Origin: Clostridia bacterium
Lineage (GTDB): Bacteria; Bacillota; Clostridia; CAKSNL01; HGM11501
NCBI GenBank assembly: GCA_045545475.1
Contig: JAZQAZ010000014.1
Span: 14,404 to 78,403 of the forward strand
Direction of reading: 5' to 3'
DNA length: 64,000 nt
The notes below the pieces were generated by a model. The model did no database searches, was not told the DNA's origin, and was given only the letters and a program-made list of their open reading frames with translations. Positions within the stretch are counted from its first letter, which is position 1. Each line of letters begins with the position of its first letter. A program made the position numbers and the translations under genes. This document shows, piece by piece, positions 8,990 to 17,303 of the stretch.

Positions 8990-11179
8990 ATGGCTGATTT
9001 TAAAATTAAAACCAAAAATCAGGTTGAAATTGAAAAAAAGCCAAGGGTATATTTTACCTGCCATCCTGAAGATTTTGAAAAAAGTTTTGATAAAATATGT
9101 AATGACATTTTTTTGTGTCATGATTGTGCTATATATTATGCCGAAGATTTGACTGAACGGATTGAAAAAGAGGAACGTGAGATAGAGCTTGGAAGAAGCA
9201 ACTTGCTTGTGGTTCCGGTTACATACAAGCTTTTGTCCACAAAAAACCGTGCCATGGATGAGGATGTTCCCTATGCAATAAAAGAGCATATTCCCATTCT
9301 TCCGATTATGATGGAAAGCGGAATTGAATCATTGTATTCCATGGCAGATAAATTTGGCGAGATGCAATATCTTAATCCATACGGATATGATAAAACAGAA
9401 ATTCCATATGAAGAAAAGCTGAGAAAATATCTAGAGTCTGTTCTCATAAGCAGCGAACTTGCAGAGGCTATAAGAGCAGCTTTTGATGCATACATATTTT
9501 TAAGCTACCGTAAAAAGGACCGCAAGTATGCCAACGAGCTTATGAAGCTTATACATAAAAACCCCGAGTGCAGAGATATTGCAATATGGTTTGACGAGTT
9601 TTTGACTCCGGGAGAAAATTTCAATGAGAACATTGAGCGTATATTGAAAGACAGTAAGTTGTTTACACTTCTCGTTACTCCGAACTTGCTTGAAAAGCCA
9701 AACTTTGTATTGGATAAGGAATATCCTGCGGCAAAGGAAGCTGAAATCGGCATTCTCCCAGTGCAGATGGCGGCAACTGATAAAAAAACTTTAGATGAAT
9801 GCTTTACAGACTTGCCACCCTGTATTGACGCATGTGAAGATAAACTTTTCAGGGAACGTTTGCTTGGTGCAATAACAGGTCTTGCTGTAAGAGAAAACGA
9901 TTCTCCGGAGCATAATTTTCTTATAGGGTTGGCATATTTTGACGGCATTGATGTGGAAGTTAATCGTGAACTGGGAATAAAGCTTATTACTTCAGCGGCA
10001 GAAGAGGGACTTCTTGCGGCAATGCAGAGGCTGGCTTTGTTATATGAAGACAGGGATTATCATGAAGCCATAAAGTGGGCTGAAAGGATAGTGGACTATT
10101 ACATAAAGCAAAACGGGGAAGAATACGGAGATACATTAACGGCACTTGGCAATCTGGCGTTGCTTTATGACAAGGCGGGAAAAAGTAAAAAAGCACAGGA
10201 AGTGCATGAAAAGGTATACGAAATACGGTGCAGAACGCTGGGAGAAGAACACTGTGACACTGTTACAACGCTGAATAATATGGCGGTGTCATACGATAAG
10301 TCCAGGAATAGCAAAAAAGCTCAGAAACTTTACGAAAAAGTTTATAAACTGCAATGCAAAATACATGGAGAAGAACATCCGAACACTTTGGCGGCACTGC
10401 ATAATCTGGCTTTATCCTACGGAAATACAGGAGATTACAGAACTGTACTTGAGTATATGAAAAAAGTTTATAGTCTGGAGTGTAAGATACTTGGCGAGGA
10501 AAACAGCGAAACATTGATTACTCTTAACAATGTTGCAGGAACCTATGCAAATCTTGGCAACTATAAAAGAGCACTGAAAATTCTTGAAGAAGTGTATTCC
10601 GTAAGATGCAGGGTGCTTGGGGAAGAACATCCCGAAACGCTGACAACGCTTAATTTGATTTCCGGTGTTTATGCTAACCTTGCAGAGTATGAAAAAACGA
10701 TGGAAACAGTCAAAAAGGTATATTCTTCGCAATGCAAAGTGTTGGGAGAAGAACACCCTGTGACGCTTATAACGCTAGGCAATATGGCGATGGCCTATGG
10801 ATATAAAAAGGAATACAAAAGAGCACATGAGTTGCTTAATGAAGTTTATGCTAAGCGATGCAGAATACTTGGTAAAGAGCACCCTGATACCCTTATAACC
10901 AGGGAATATCTTGCTGACAGTTATTCTTTTTCAGGAGACAGCAAAAAAGCTGTTGCGATACTTGATGAAATATATGCTGTGAGACTTAAAAAGCTTGGGG
11001 AAAAACACCCTGAGACCATTACAACCATGCATGATCTGGGAAGAAATTATATTAAGCTGGGCGAATACAAAAAGGCGTCGGTTATACTTAAAAAGGCATA
11101 CAACCTACGTTGCGGTACACTTGGAGAAAATCACCCGGATACATTGGAAACGCTGAAGTTTTTGGATATGCTTCTATAA
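8990..11179 (+). CDS. Tandem TIR-like + TIR domain protein with SEL1-like and 42-aa TPR repeats
   Basis: Second TIR: YIFLSYRKKD...IWFDEFLTPGENF...LLVTPNLL...VLDKEYPAA...ILPV. The first domain aligns without gaps to its core. Then a SEL1-like repeat (LIGLAYFDGIDV...) and nine LGEEHPxTL-type motifs. AAGGAGG RBS. Confidence 0.85.
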   Translation: MADFKIKTKNQVEIEKKPRVYFTCHPEDFEKSFDKICNDIFLCHDCAIYYAEDLTERIEKEEREIELGRSNLLVVPVTYKLLSTKNRAMDEDVPYAIKEHIPILPIMMESGIESLYSMADKFGEMQYLNPYGYDKTEIPYEEKLRKYLESVLISSELAEAIRAAFDAYIFLSYRKKDRKYANELMKLIHKNPECRDIAIWFDEFLTPGENFNENIERILKDSKLFTLLVTPNLLEKPNFVLDKEYPAAKEAEIGILPVQMAATDKKTLDECFTDLPPCIDACEDKLFRERLLGAITGLAVRENDSPEHNFLIGLAYFDGIDVEVNRELGIKLITSAAEEGLLAAMQRLALLYEDRDYHEAIKWAERIVDYYIKQNGEEYGDTLTALGNLALLYDKAGKSKKAQEVHEKVYEIRCRTLGEEHCDTVTTLNNMAVSYDKSRNSKKAQKLYEKVYKLQCKIHGEEHPNTLAALHNLALSYGNTGDYRTVLEYMKKVYSLECKILGEENSETLITLNNVAGTYANLGNYKRALKILEEVYSVRCRVLGEEHPETLTTLNLISGVYANLAEYEKTMETVKKVYSSQCKVLGEEHPVTLITLGNMAMAYGYKKEYKRAHELLNEVYAKRCRILGKEHPDTLITREYLADSYSFSGDSKKAVAILDEIYAVRLKKLGEKHPETITTMHDLGRNYIKLGEYKKASVILKKAYNLRCGTLGENHPDTLETLKFLDMLL
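10115..11170 (+). repeat. Intragenic 126-bp (42-aa) kinesin-light-chain-type TPR repeats, about 8-9 copies
   Basis: ggNgaagaaca-like motif at about 10115, 10241, 10367, 10493, 10619, 10745, 10871, 10997 and 11123. Copies are diverged at the DNA level. Confidence 0.85.
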
Positions 11180-11203
11180 AATTCGGATAAAAGGAGAGAG
11201 AAA

Positions 11204-11665
11204 ATGGAAAGAATACAAAGCTTTTCCGTGGACCATGATTTTATCAGTCCCGGAATTTATGTGTCAAGAATAGACGAAGATATTACCACTTATGATTTAA
11301 GAACGAGAAAACCTAACGCAGGCTTTTATATGGATAATGTAACCATGCATACTGTGGAACACATGCTGGCTACGTTTTTCAGAAATTCCGAAATAAAGGA
11401 CGATGTTATATATTTCGGCCCTATGGGATGTCAGACGGGATTTTATCTTCTTTTGAGAAATGCGGATAATGAAAAGACTTTGTCGGTTCTTAAAGATTGC
11501 TTATCTAAGGTTTTATCCTATGAGGGAAAGGTTTTCGGTGCGGAAAGAAAAGAATGCGGTAACTACGAAAACTTAAATCTTGATGCGGCAAAGGCAGAGT
11601 GCAGAGAATATCTTAACGCTCTTACAAATAAAGAACAGACGTTTACATACGAAAAAACACTTTAA
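11204..11665 (+). CDS. luxS: S-ribosylhomocysteine lyase (AI-2 synthase)
   Basis: SFSVDH, MHTVEH, GPMGCQTGFY and ECGNY motifs. Confidence 0.96.
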   Translation: MERIQSFSVDHDFISPGIYVSRIDEDITTYDLRTRKPNAGFYMDNVTMHTVEHMLATFFRNSEIKDDVIYFGPMGCQTGFYLLLRNADNEKTLSVLKDCLSKVLSYEGKVFGAERKECGNYENLNLDAAKAECREYLNALTNKEQTFTYEKTL

Positions 11666-11675
11666 GGAGAAAATT

Positions 11676-12383
11676 ATGATTTCAAAAGCAGATATCGGAA
11701 TAATTTGTGCGATGGATGTTGAACTCGCCGAGATTAGTAGTGCGATGGACATTACCATGCGAAAGAAAATAAGCGGAGTTGAGTTTTTATACGGAAATTT
11801 AGCCGGAAAGAATGTGGTTTGTGCTGTTTGCGGAGTCGGAAAGGTTTTTGCGGCAATTTGCACCGAGGCGATGATTCTTAATTTTGAACCAGGGGTTATT
11901 GTAAATTCAGGTGTTGCCGGAGGACTTTCTGAAAGTCTTTCTGTGTGTGATGCGGTTGTGGCGGAGAGTTTGGTACAGCACGACATGGACACATCTCCTT
12001 TAGGGGATCCCGTGGGCCTTTTATCGGGAATAAACATTATAAATATTCCCTGCGATAAAAAGGCGGGAGAGGTTCTTAAAAAAGCGGCAGAAGAGCTTTC
12101 TATCCATATGGAAACAGGGATAATTGCAACGGGAGACCAGTTTATTTCAGAAAACGAAAAAAAGGATTGGCTTTGCAAAACCTTTAATGCAAAAGCTTGC
12201 GAGATGGAGGGCGGTTCGGTTGCACATGTATGCTATGTAAACGGAGTTAAGTGTGCTGTACTCAGAACCATATCCGATGGCGGAAATGATGATGCTAAAA
12301 TGGATTTTCCCACCTTCTGTAAAAAGGCGGCACACAATTCCTGCGAGATTATGAAAAGATTTGTGAGGGATTATAATGACTGA
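11676..12383 (+). CDS. mtnN: 5'-methylthioadenosine/S-adenosylhomocysteine nucleosidase
   Basis: IGIICAMDVE, GVGKVFAA, NSGVAG, TGDQFI, CEMEG, RTISD. Start moved to ATG 11676 after AAGGAG. Confidence 0.95.
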   Translation: MISKADIGIICAMDVELAEISSAMDITMRKKISGVEFLYGNLAGKNVVCAVCGVGKVFAAICTEAMILNFEPGVIVNSGVAGGLSESLSVCDAVVAESLVQHDMDTSPLGDPVGLLSGINIINIPCDKKAGEVLKKAAEELSIHMETGIIATGDQFISENEKKDWLCKTFNAKACEMEGGSVAHVCYVNGVKCAVLRTISDGGNDDAKMDFPTFCKKAAHNSCEIMKRFVRDYND

Positions 12384-12591
12384 CGAAAAGATTTTAAGGA
12401 TAAATGAGCTTTCTAAAAAAGCTAAAACAGTTGGACTTACAGAAGAGGAATTGGCTGAACAAAAGCGTCTTCGTGATGAATATATTGCAGGCTTTCGTGC
12501 ATCACTTCAGAGAGAACTTGATAATACATATATCAAGCGACCTGACGGAAGCGTTGTAAAAATTGAGAAAAAAGGAAATAAAAAAAGCTGA
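12376..12591 (+). CDS. DUF896/UPF0291 (YnzC-like) small protein
   Basis: RINELSKKAKTVGLTEEELAEQKRLRDEYIAGFR signature. Confidence 0.9.
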   Translation: MTDEKILRINELSKKAKTVGLTEEELAEQKRLRDEYIAGFRASLQRELDNTYIKRPDGSVVKIEKKGNKKS

Positions 12592-12612
12592 GGCTTTGCC
12601 TCAGCTTTTTTT
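12580..12612. terminator. Bidirectional terminator between convergent operons
   Basis: aaaaaaagctgaggc-ttt-gcctcagcttttttt. Confidence 0.88.
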
Positions 12613-13528
12613 ATTTGATTTCATCAAGATTAAAGGGTGTTGCCTGATATACAAAGTAGTTAAGCCAGTTTGAGAAAAGTAAATTTGCGTGAGATCTCCA
12701 GGAAACCTTGGGGGGATTTTTCGGGTCATCATCGGGAAAATAATTCTTGGGAACCTGTATATCCTCGCCCTTAGCCTTGTCTCTGTCGTATTCCTTCTTT
12801 AAGGTGTCGGCATCGTATTCGAGATGCCCTGTTACGAATATTTGTCTGCCCTTATCTGTGGTTACGATACAAACGCCGGTTTCCTCTGAAGATGCTAAAA
12901 TTTTAAGAGTCCCAACTTTCTCAACGTCTTCTCTTGCAACTGTAGTGAAACGTGACTGAGGAACCATAAATACATCGTCGAATCCACGAAGGAGCATGGA
13001 ATTTTTATAGTCTGCCGTATGGGGATATATGCCGAAAAGCTTTTTTTCAAGGTTTATTTTGTTTATTCCGTAGTGATAATAAAGCCCTGCCTGAGCACCC
13101 CAACAGATGTGAAGTGTGCTTGTAACGTGAGTTTTGCTCCACTCCATAATTTCACAAAGCTCGTTCCAGTAATCAACATCTTCAAAATCCATGAGTTCAA
13201 CCGGTGCTCCGGTTATAACCATTCCGTCAAACTTTAAGTCTTCGATTTCGTCAAAGGTTTTGTAAAAGCTTAACATATGAGCACTGTCAACATGGGTTGA
13301 TTTGTGAGTTGCAGTCTGTAGAAGCTCCATTTCAACCTGAAGAGGGCTGTTTCCCAGCAGTCGTGAAAACTGTGTTTCCGTCACGATTTTAGTGGGCATG
13401 AGATTTAAAAGAAGTATCTTAAGGGGACGAATGTCCTGAGTTACGGCACGGGTTTCGTTGATTACGAATATGTTTTCGTTGTGGAGCGTTTCTGTTGCCG
13501 GTAGCCCGTTGGGAATTTTAATAGGCAT
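12611..13528 (-). CDS. metA: Homoserine O-acetyltransferase (MetA family)
   Basis: MPIKIP, LLNLMP, ITGAPVE (Glu at the specificity position suggests acetyl-CoA), [21 protein letters not shown]. Confidence 0.95.
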   Translation of the reverse strand: MPIKIPNGLPATETLHNENIFVINETRAVTQDIRPLKILLLNLMPTKIVTETQFSRLLGNSPLQVEMELLQTATHKSTHVDSAHMLSFYKTFDEIEDLKFDGMVITGAPVELMDFEDVDYWNELCEIMEWSKTHVTSTLHICWGAQAGLYYHYGINKINLEKKLFGIYPHTADYKNSMLLRGFDDVFMVPQSRFTTVAREDVEKVGTLKILASSEETGVCIVTTDKGRQIFVTGHLEYDADTLKKEYDRDKAKGEDIQVPKNYFPDDDPKNPPKVSWRSHANLLFSNWLNYFVYQATPFNLDEIK

Positions 13529-13540
13529 AAATTCACCTCA

Positions 13541-14815
13541 TTATAATTGTTTCAGTGCCTGCTCTATATCGGCTATTATATCTTCGACATTTTCTATGCC
13601 CACAGACATTCTGATAAGGTCTGAACTGATGCCGGCATCGATAAGCTGCTGATCTGTAAGCTGACGGTGGGTGGTGGAAGCGGGATGAAGAACACTTGTT
13701 CTTGCATCTGCAACGTGAACAACTATTGCAGCAAGCTTTAAGCTGTCCATAAACTTAACGGCCGCTTCTCGGCCTCCTTTTATTCCGAAGGAGATAACGC
13801 CACAGCTTCCCTTGGGAAGGTATTTTTCAGCCAGTGTATAGTCGGGACTGGATTTTAATTTGGGATAGTTAACCCAGGCGATTTTATCGTTTGCTTCAAG
13901 ATATTTTGCAACCGCCAAAGCGTTTTCTGAATGACGCTCCATACGAAGGGGGAGAGTCTCCAAATTCATATTAAGTAAAAATGCATTTATGGCAGAGGGA
14001 AGTGCACCAAAGTCTCTCATAAGCTGAACCCTTGCCTTGGTTATGTAAGCAGCCTTGCCGAAATCTGCAACGTATTTAACTCCATGATAGGATTCGTCAG
14101 GCTCACACAATTCGGGGAATTTTCCGTTATCCCAATTGAAATTACCTGAGTCAACAATTACACCGCCAACGACGGAAGCGTGACCGTCCATATATTTGGT
14201 TGTGGAGTGGGTGATAATGTCACAGCCAAACTCAAAGGGTCTGCAAAGTATGGGAGTTGCAAAAGTATTATCAACAACAAGCGGAACATTATGCTTGTGA
14301 GCAAGATTTGCAAAACGCTCAATGTCAAGAACGGTTAAAGCGGGGTTTGCAATTGTCTCACCGAAAACCAGGCGGGTATTCTCATCAAACTGTGCTTCGA
14401 TTTCTTCGTCAGTCATGTCCTGTGTTACAAAACGCACCTCAATGCCCATTCTCTTTATGGTAACGGCAAAAAGGTTAATTGTTCCACCGTATATGGAAGA
14501 AAGACAAACGAAGTTCTGACCTGCGGATGTGATGTTTAAAACAGCCATAAGGCTTGCTGCCTGGCCTGATGTAGTGCAAAGTGCACCAACGCCGCCTTCC
14601 AGGTCTGCAATCTTTTCTTCAACCGCACTTACTGTGGGGTTTGATATTCTTGAATACATATGTCCGTCTGCCTTTAAGTCAAAGAGCTTGCCAAGGTGCT
14701 CGGACGAATCGTACTTATATGTGGTGCTCTGGTAAATGGGGAGCACCCTCGGTTCTCCGTTTTTTGGGGTATATCCCGACTGGATACATTTTGTTTCTAT
14801 TTTATAATCTGACAT
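13541..14815 (-). CDS. metY: O-acetylhomoserine sulfhydrylase / aminocarboxypropyltransferase
   Basis: PIYQSTT, YSRISNPT, VDNTFATP, HSTTKY (PLP lysine), HPASTTHRQL, RMSVGIE. Confidence 0.9.
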   Translation of the reverse strand: MSDYKIETKCIQSGYTPKNGEPRVLPIYQSTTYKYDSSEHLGKLFDLKADGHMYSRISNPTVSAVEEKIADLEGGVGALCTTSGQAASLMAVLNITSAGQNFVCLSSIYGGTINLFAVTIKRMGIEVRFVTQDMTDEEIEAQFDENTRLVFGETIANPALTVLDIERFANLAHKHNVPLVVDNTFATPILCRPFEFGCDIITHSTTKYMDGHASVVGGVIVDSGNFNWDNGKFPELCEPDESYHGVKYVADFGKAAYITKARVQLMRDFGALPSAINAFLLNMNLETLPLRMERHSENALAVAKYLEANDKIAWVNYPKLKSSPDYTLAEKYLPKGSCGVISFGIKGGREAAVKFMDSLKLAAIVVHVADARTSVLHPASTTHRQLTDQQLIDAGISSDLIRMSVGIENVEDIIADIEQALKQL

Positions 14816-14866
14816 AATAAAACCTCCGTTTATACTATGGATTGCAATTTTTATAAATATTTATTT

Positions 14867-14895
14867 ATTATATCACGGAAAGAGTGAAAATGCAA
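14867..14895 (-). promoter_or_regulatory. sigma-A promoter for metY-metA
   Basis: TTGCAT(14895-14890)-17-TATAAT(14872-14867) with a TG extension. The leader is only about 45 nt. Confidence 0.7.
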
Positions 14896-14968
14896 TAAAA
14901 AAATACAAACAAGAACATATTGACAAATATGAATATATAGTGTATTATATTATAAAGGATGTGATTTT

Positions 14969-15496
14969 ATGAAATCCAGATATGTAATGATGGCGGAAAT
15001 GTTCAAAGCACTTGGGGACGAAAACCGCTTGAAGCTTTTGAATGAGTTAAAGAGCGGAGAGAAAAATGCCGGCGAGCTTCTGGAAAGCCTTTCTGTTACT
15101 CAGCCGACGCTTTCTCATCATATGAAAATTCTTTGCGACTCCGGAATAGTTGATGCAAGGCGAGATGGAAAGTGGACATATTACAGCGTTTCGAAAGAGG
15201 GCAGGAAGGAACTATTTGATATTATTGATTCCCTGTTTGGCGGAAAATATATCCCGTCGTTTAACATAGAAGATGTTATAATTCCTGCGGAAGATGAAAG
15301 CATAAAGCCTGAAAAAGTAAAGAAAACTGCATCTAAAAAAACTGCGAAAAAGAAAACAGAAAAGAAAGATACTACAGTTTTGACTTCTGAGACTGTGGAA
15401 GAAAAGCCTGCCGAGATTAAGGAAGAAGTCGAAGAAGCTAAAGAAGAACCGGCTGAGGAAAGAAGAGAACGTAATATGCCGTCATGGCTGTTTTAA
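14969..15496 (+). CDS. ArsR/SmtB-family regulator with a long charged C-terminal tail
   Basis: FKALGDENRLKLL...TQPTLSHHMKIL...RRDGKWTYYS wHTH, then a K/E-rich low-complexity tail ending MPSWLF. Confidence 0.85.
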   Translation: MKSRYVMMAEMFKALGDENRLKLLNELKSGEKNAGELLESLSVTQPTLSHHMKILCDSGIVDARRDGKWTYYSVSKEGRKELFDIIDSLFGGKYIPSFNIEDVIIPAEDESIKPEKVKKTASKKTAKKKTEKKDTTVLTSETVEEKPAEIKEEVEEAKEEPAEERRERNMPSWLF

Positions 15497-15571
15497 CAAA
15501 AGGTGGCAAAGCCAGCTTTGTTTTTGTAGTATATATAGATGTATTTACATAAATGAATATTATAACAAATA

Positions 15572-15598
15572 GAAAAGCCGTCCGTCGGACGGCTTTCA
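15572..15598. terminator. Terminator hairpin between convergent genes
   Basis: aaagccgtcc-gtc-ggacggcttt. Confidence 0.7.
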
Positions 15599-15599
15599 T

Positions 15600-16976
15600 T
15601 TATTTTATATTACTCTGATAAAAAGCTCTGTATGCTCTGTAGCTTTCGTATAAGTCAAGCTTTGATACAACCTCGAAGGGGGAGTGCATGGATAATACAG
15701 GAACACCTGCATCAATTGTGTCCATATCAAGATTTGCAGTGTACTGTGCAATGGTTCCGCCGCCACCTCCGTCAACCTTTCCAAGCTCGCCTGTCTGCCA
15801 GCAGATTTTGCTTTCATCCATAATTTTTACGATGGAGGCGAAAAGCTCTGCACTAGCATCTGATGAGCCACTCTTGCCACGAGCCCCTGTATATTTCATA
15901 AATGAGATACCGCATCCTGCATAGGGGGTATTCTGCTTTTCAAAGGGGGAAGGAAAATTTGGATCGAATGCTGCACAAACGTCTGCAGAAAGACAGATTG
16001 AGTTTGCCAAGGCATGGCGGACATAAAGGTCGGAATATTCGTCGGACATATCAATCATGTCGGCAATCATGTTCTCAAAGTATCTGGATTTCATTCCGGT
16101 AACGCCCATGGAGCCAACTTCTTCTTTATCCACAAGGAGGCAGATTGCGGTTTTATCGGGAGTATTTACATCCAGAATTGCCTGAAGTGCGGCGTAGGCA
16201 CAAACTCTGTCATCCTGAGCGTAAGCACCAACAAAGCTCTTGTCAAAGCCTACATCCTTTGCAGGGAATGCGGGGGTAAACTCAAGCTCTGCTGTTAAAA
16301 ATTCTTCCTCTTCAATGTTGTATTCGTCTCTTAAAATTGTAAGTATTGCCTTCTTAACGCTCTGTGAATCGCCCTCAACAAGGGGAATGCCGCCAACCAG
16401 TACGGTTAAATCTTCACCGCCTATAGCATTTCCTAAATTTCTTCCCATCTGATCTCCTGCGAGGTGGGGAAGAATGTCTGAAATGGTAAAGCAGAAATCG
16501 TCTGTATCTTTACCGATGGAAATGTTAAGCTTTGTCCCGTCCTTTTTTATAACAACGCCTGAAAGTGTTAAGGGGATTGTTGTCCATTGATATTTCTTGA
16601 TTCCGCCGTAGTAGTGGGTTTTCATTAAAGCCTGGTCGCTTTCTTCAAGTAATGGGTTGGGTTTTAAGTCAAGTCTGGGAGAATCCACGTGAGCACCAAC
16701 AAGGTTGAAGCCTTTTCTTAATGGTTCTTTTCCCATAACAGCAAGCATGAGTCCTTTTTCTCGGTTTAAGGAATATATTTTGTCCCCCGGAAGAAGCTCA
16801 TCTTTTTCTGAAATGTCTACAAAACCTTCGTTTTTTGCGATGCGGAGTGCTTCCTTTACTATTTCACGTTCGGACTTTCCGCTGTTTAAAAACTCCTTAT
16901 AGCCTTCGGCAAAGTCGAATACAGCACTGTGATCAGCATCAACCCAACCGTTTTTATTTTTATAACCTAAATCCAT
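15600..16976 (-). CDS. M18-family aminopeptidase (ApeA-like)
   Basis: GAHVDSPRLDLKP, YYGGIKKYQW, QDDRVCAY, DKEEVGS, GGGTIA, SMHSPFE. Confidence 0.93.
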   Translation of the reverse strand: MDLGYKNKNGWVDADHSAVFDFAEGYKEFLNSGKSEREIVKEALRIAKNEGFVDISEKDELLPGDKIYSLNREKGLMLAVMGKEPLRKGFNLVGAHVDSPRLDLKPNPLLEESDQALMKTHYYGGIKKYQWTTIPLTLSGVVIKKDGTKLNISIGKDTDDFCFTISDILPHLAGDQMGRNLGNAIGGEDLTVLVGGIPLVEGDSQSVKKAILTILRDEYNIEEEEFLTAELEFTPAFPAKDVGFDKSFVGAYAQDDRVCAYAALQAILDVNTPDKTAICLLVDKEEVGSMGVTGMKSRYFENMIADMIDMSDEYSDLYVRHALANSICLSADVCAAFDPNFPSPFEKQNTPYAGCGISFMKYTGARGKSGSSDASAELFASIVKIMDESKICWQTGELGKVDGGGGGTIAQYTANLDMDTIDAGVPVLSMHSPFEVVSKLDLYESYRAYRAFYQSNIK

Positions 16977-17303
16977 ATTATCATTCCTTTCGGGATTTTT
17001 TTATATCGTGCATAAAAGTACCGAAAAAATGTCCTTTCGTCCTTGAAAAAGGGCATTTTATTATGGTATACTAATAACAGTATAACCTTTTTTTAAAAAG
17101 AATCAAGCAAAAAGTGGGAAAATGTAGAATTAATTAAAAAATAGATATAAAGCCCGGTAAAGTTTTGTTGTCGCGTTTCTGCAAAAAAGATAAAAAAACT
17201 AAGAAATAAGAAGATGATGACAAAAAAATTAAGGAATCGGATTGTTTTATATGTTAAAATATAGACAATATAGGGTGATATAGCCCGAGGAAGGAGAAAA
17301 GAT

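Noticed and set aside
10115-11170. 126-bp periodic repeats as a CRISPR array or DGR template/variable repeats
   Set aside because: They are in-frame, diverged TPR coding repeats. There are no identical repeats with unique spacers, no adenine-specific variation, and no cas or reverse transcriptase gene.
11573-12178. Long antisense or alternate-frame ORFs (also 49458-50120, 18153-18656, 9505-9948, 60522-60950)
   Set aside because: They are shadows of well-supported genes, with no RBS or recognisable motifs.
11676-12383. MtnN as a PNP-family defence effector partnering the TIR protein
   Set aside because: It is a canonical stand-alone MTA/SAH nucleosidase next to luxS, so the housekeeping role is sufficient.
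14815-14969. SAM riboswitch or T-box upstream of metY
   Set aside because: The leader is too short and AT-rich, with no S-box or T-box consensus and no terminator.
16977-17303. Riboswitch or ncRNA upstream of the giant gene
   Set aside because: A-rich sequence explained by divergent promoter-like hexamers and one imperfect inverted repeat; no recognisable aptamer.
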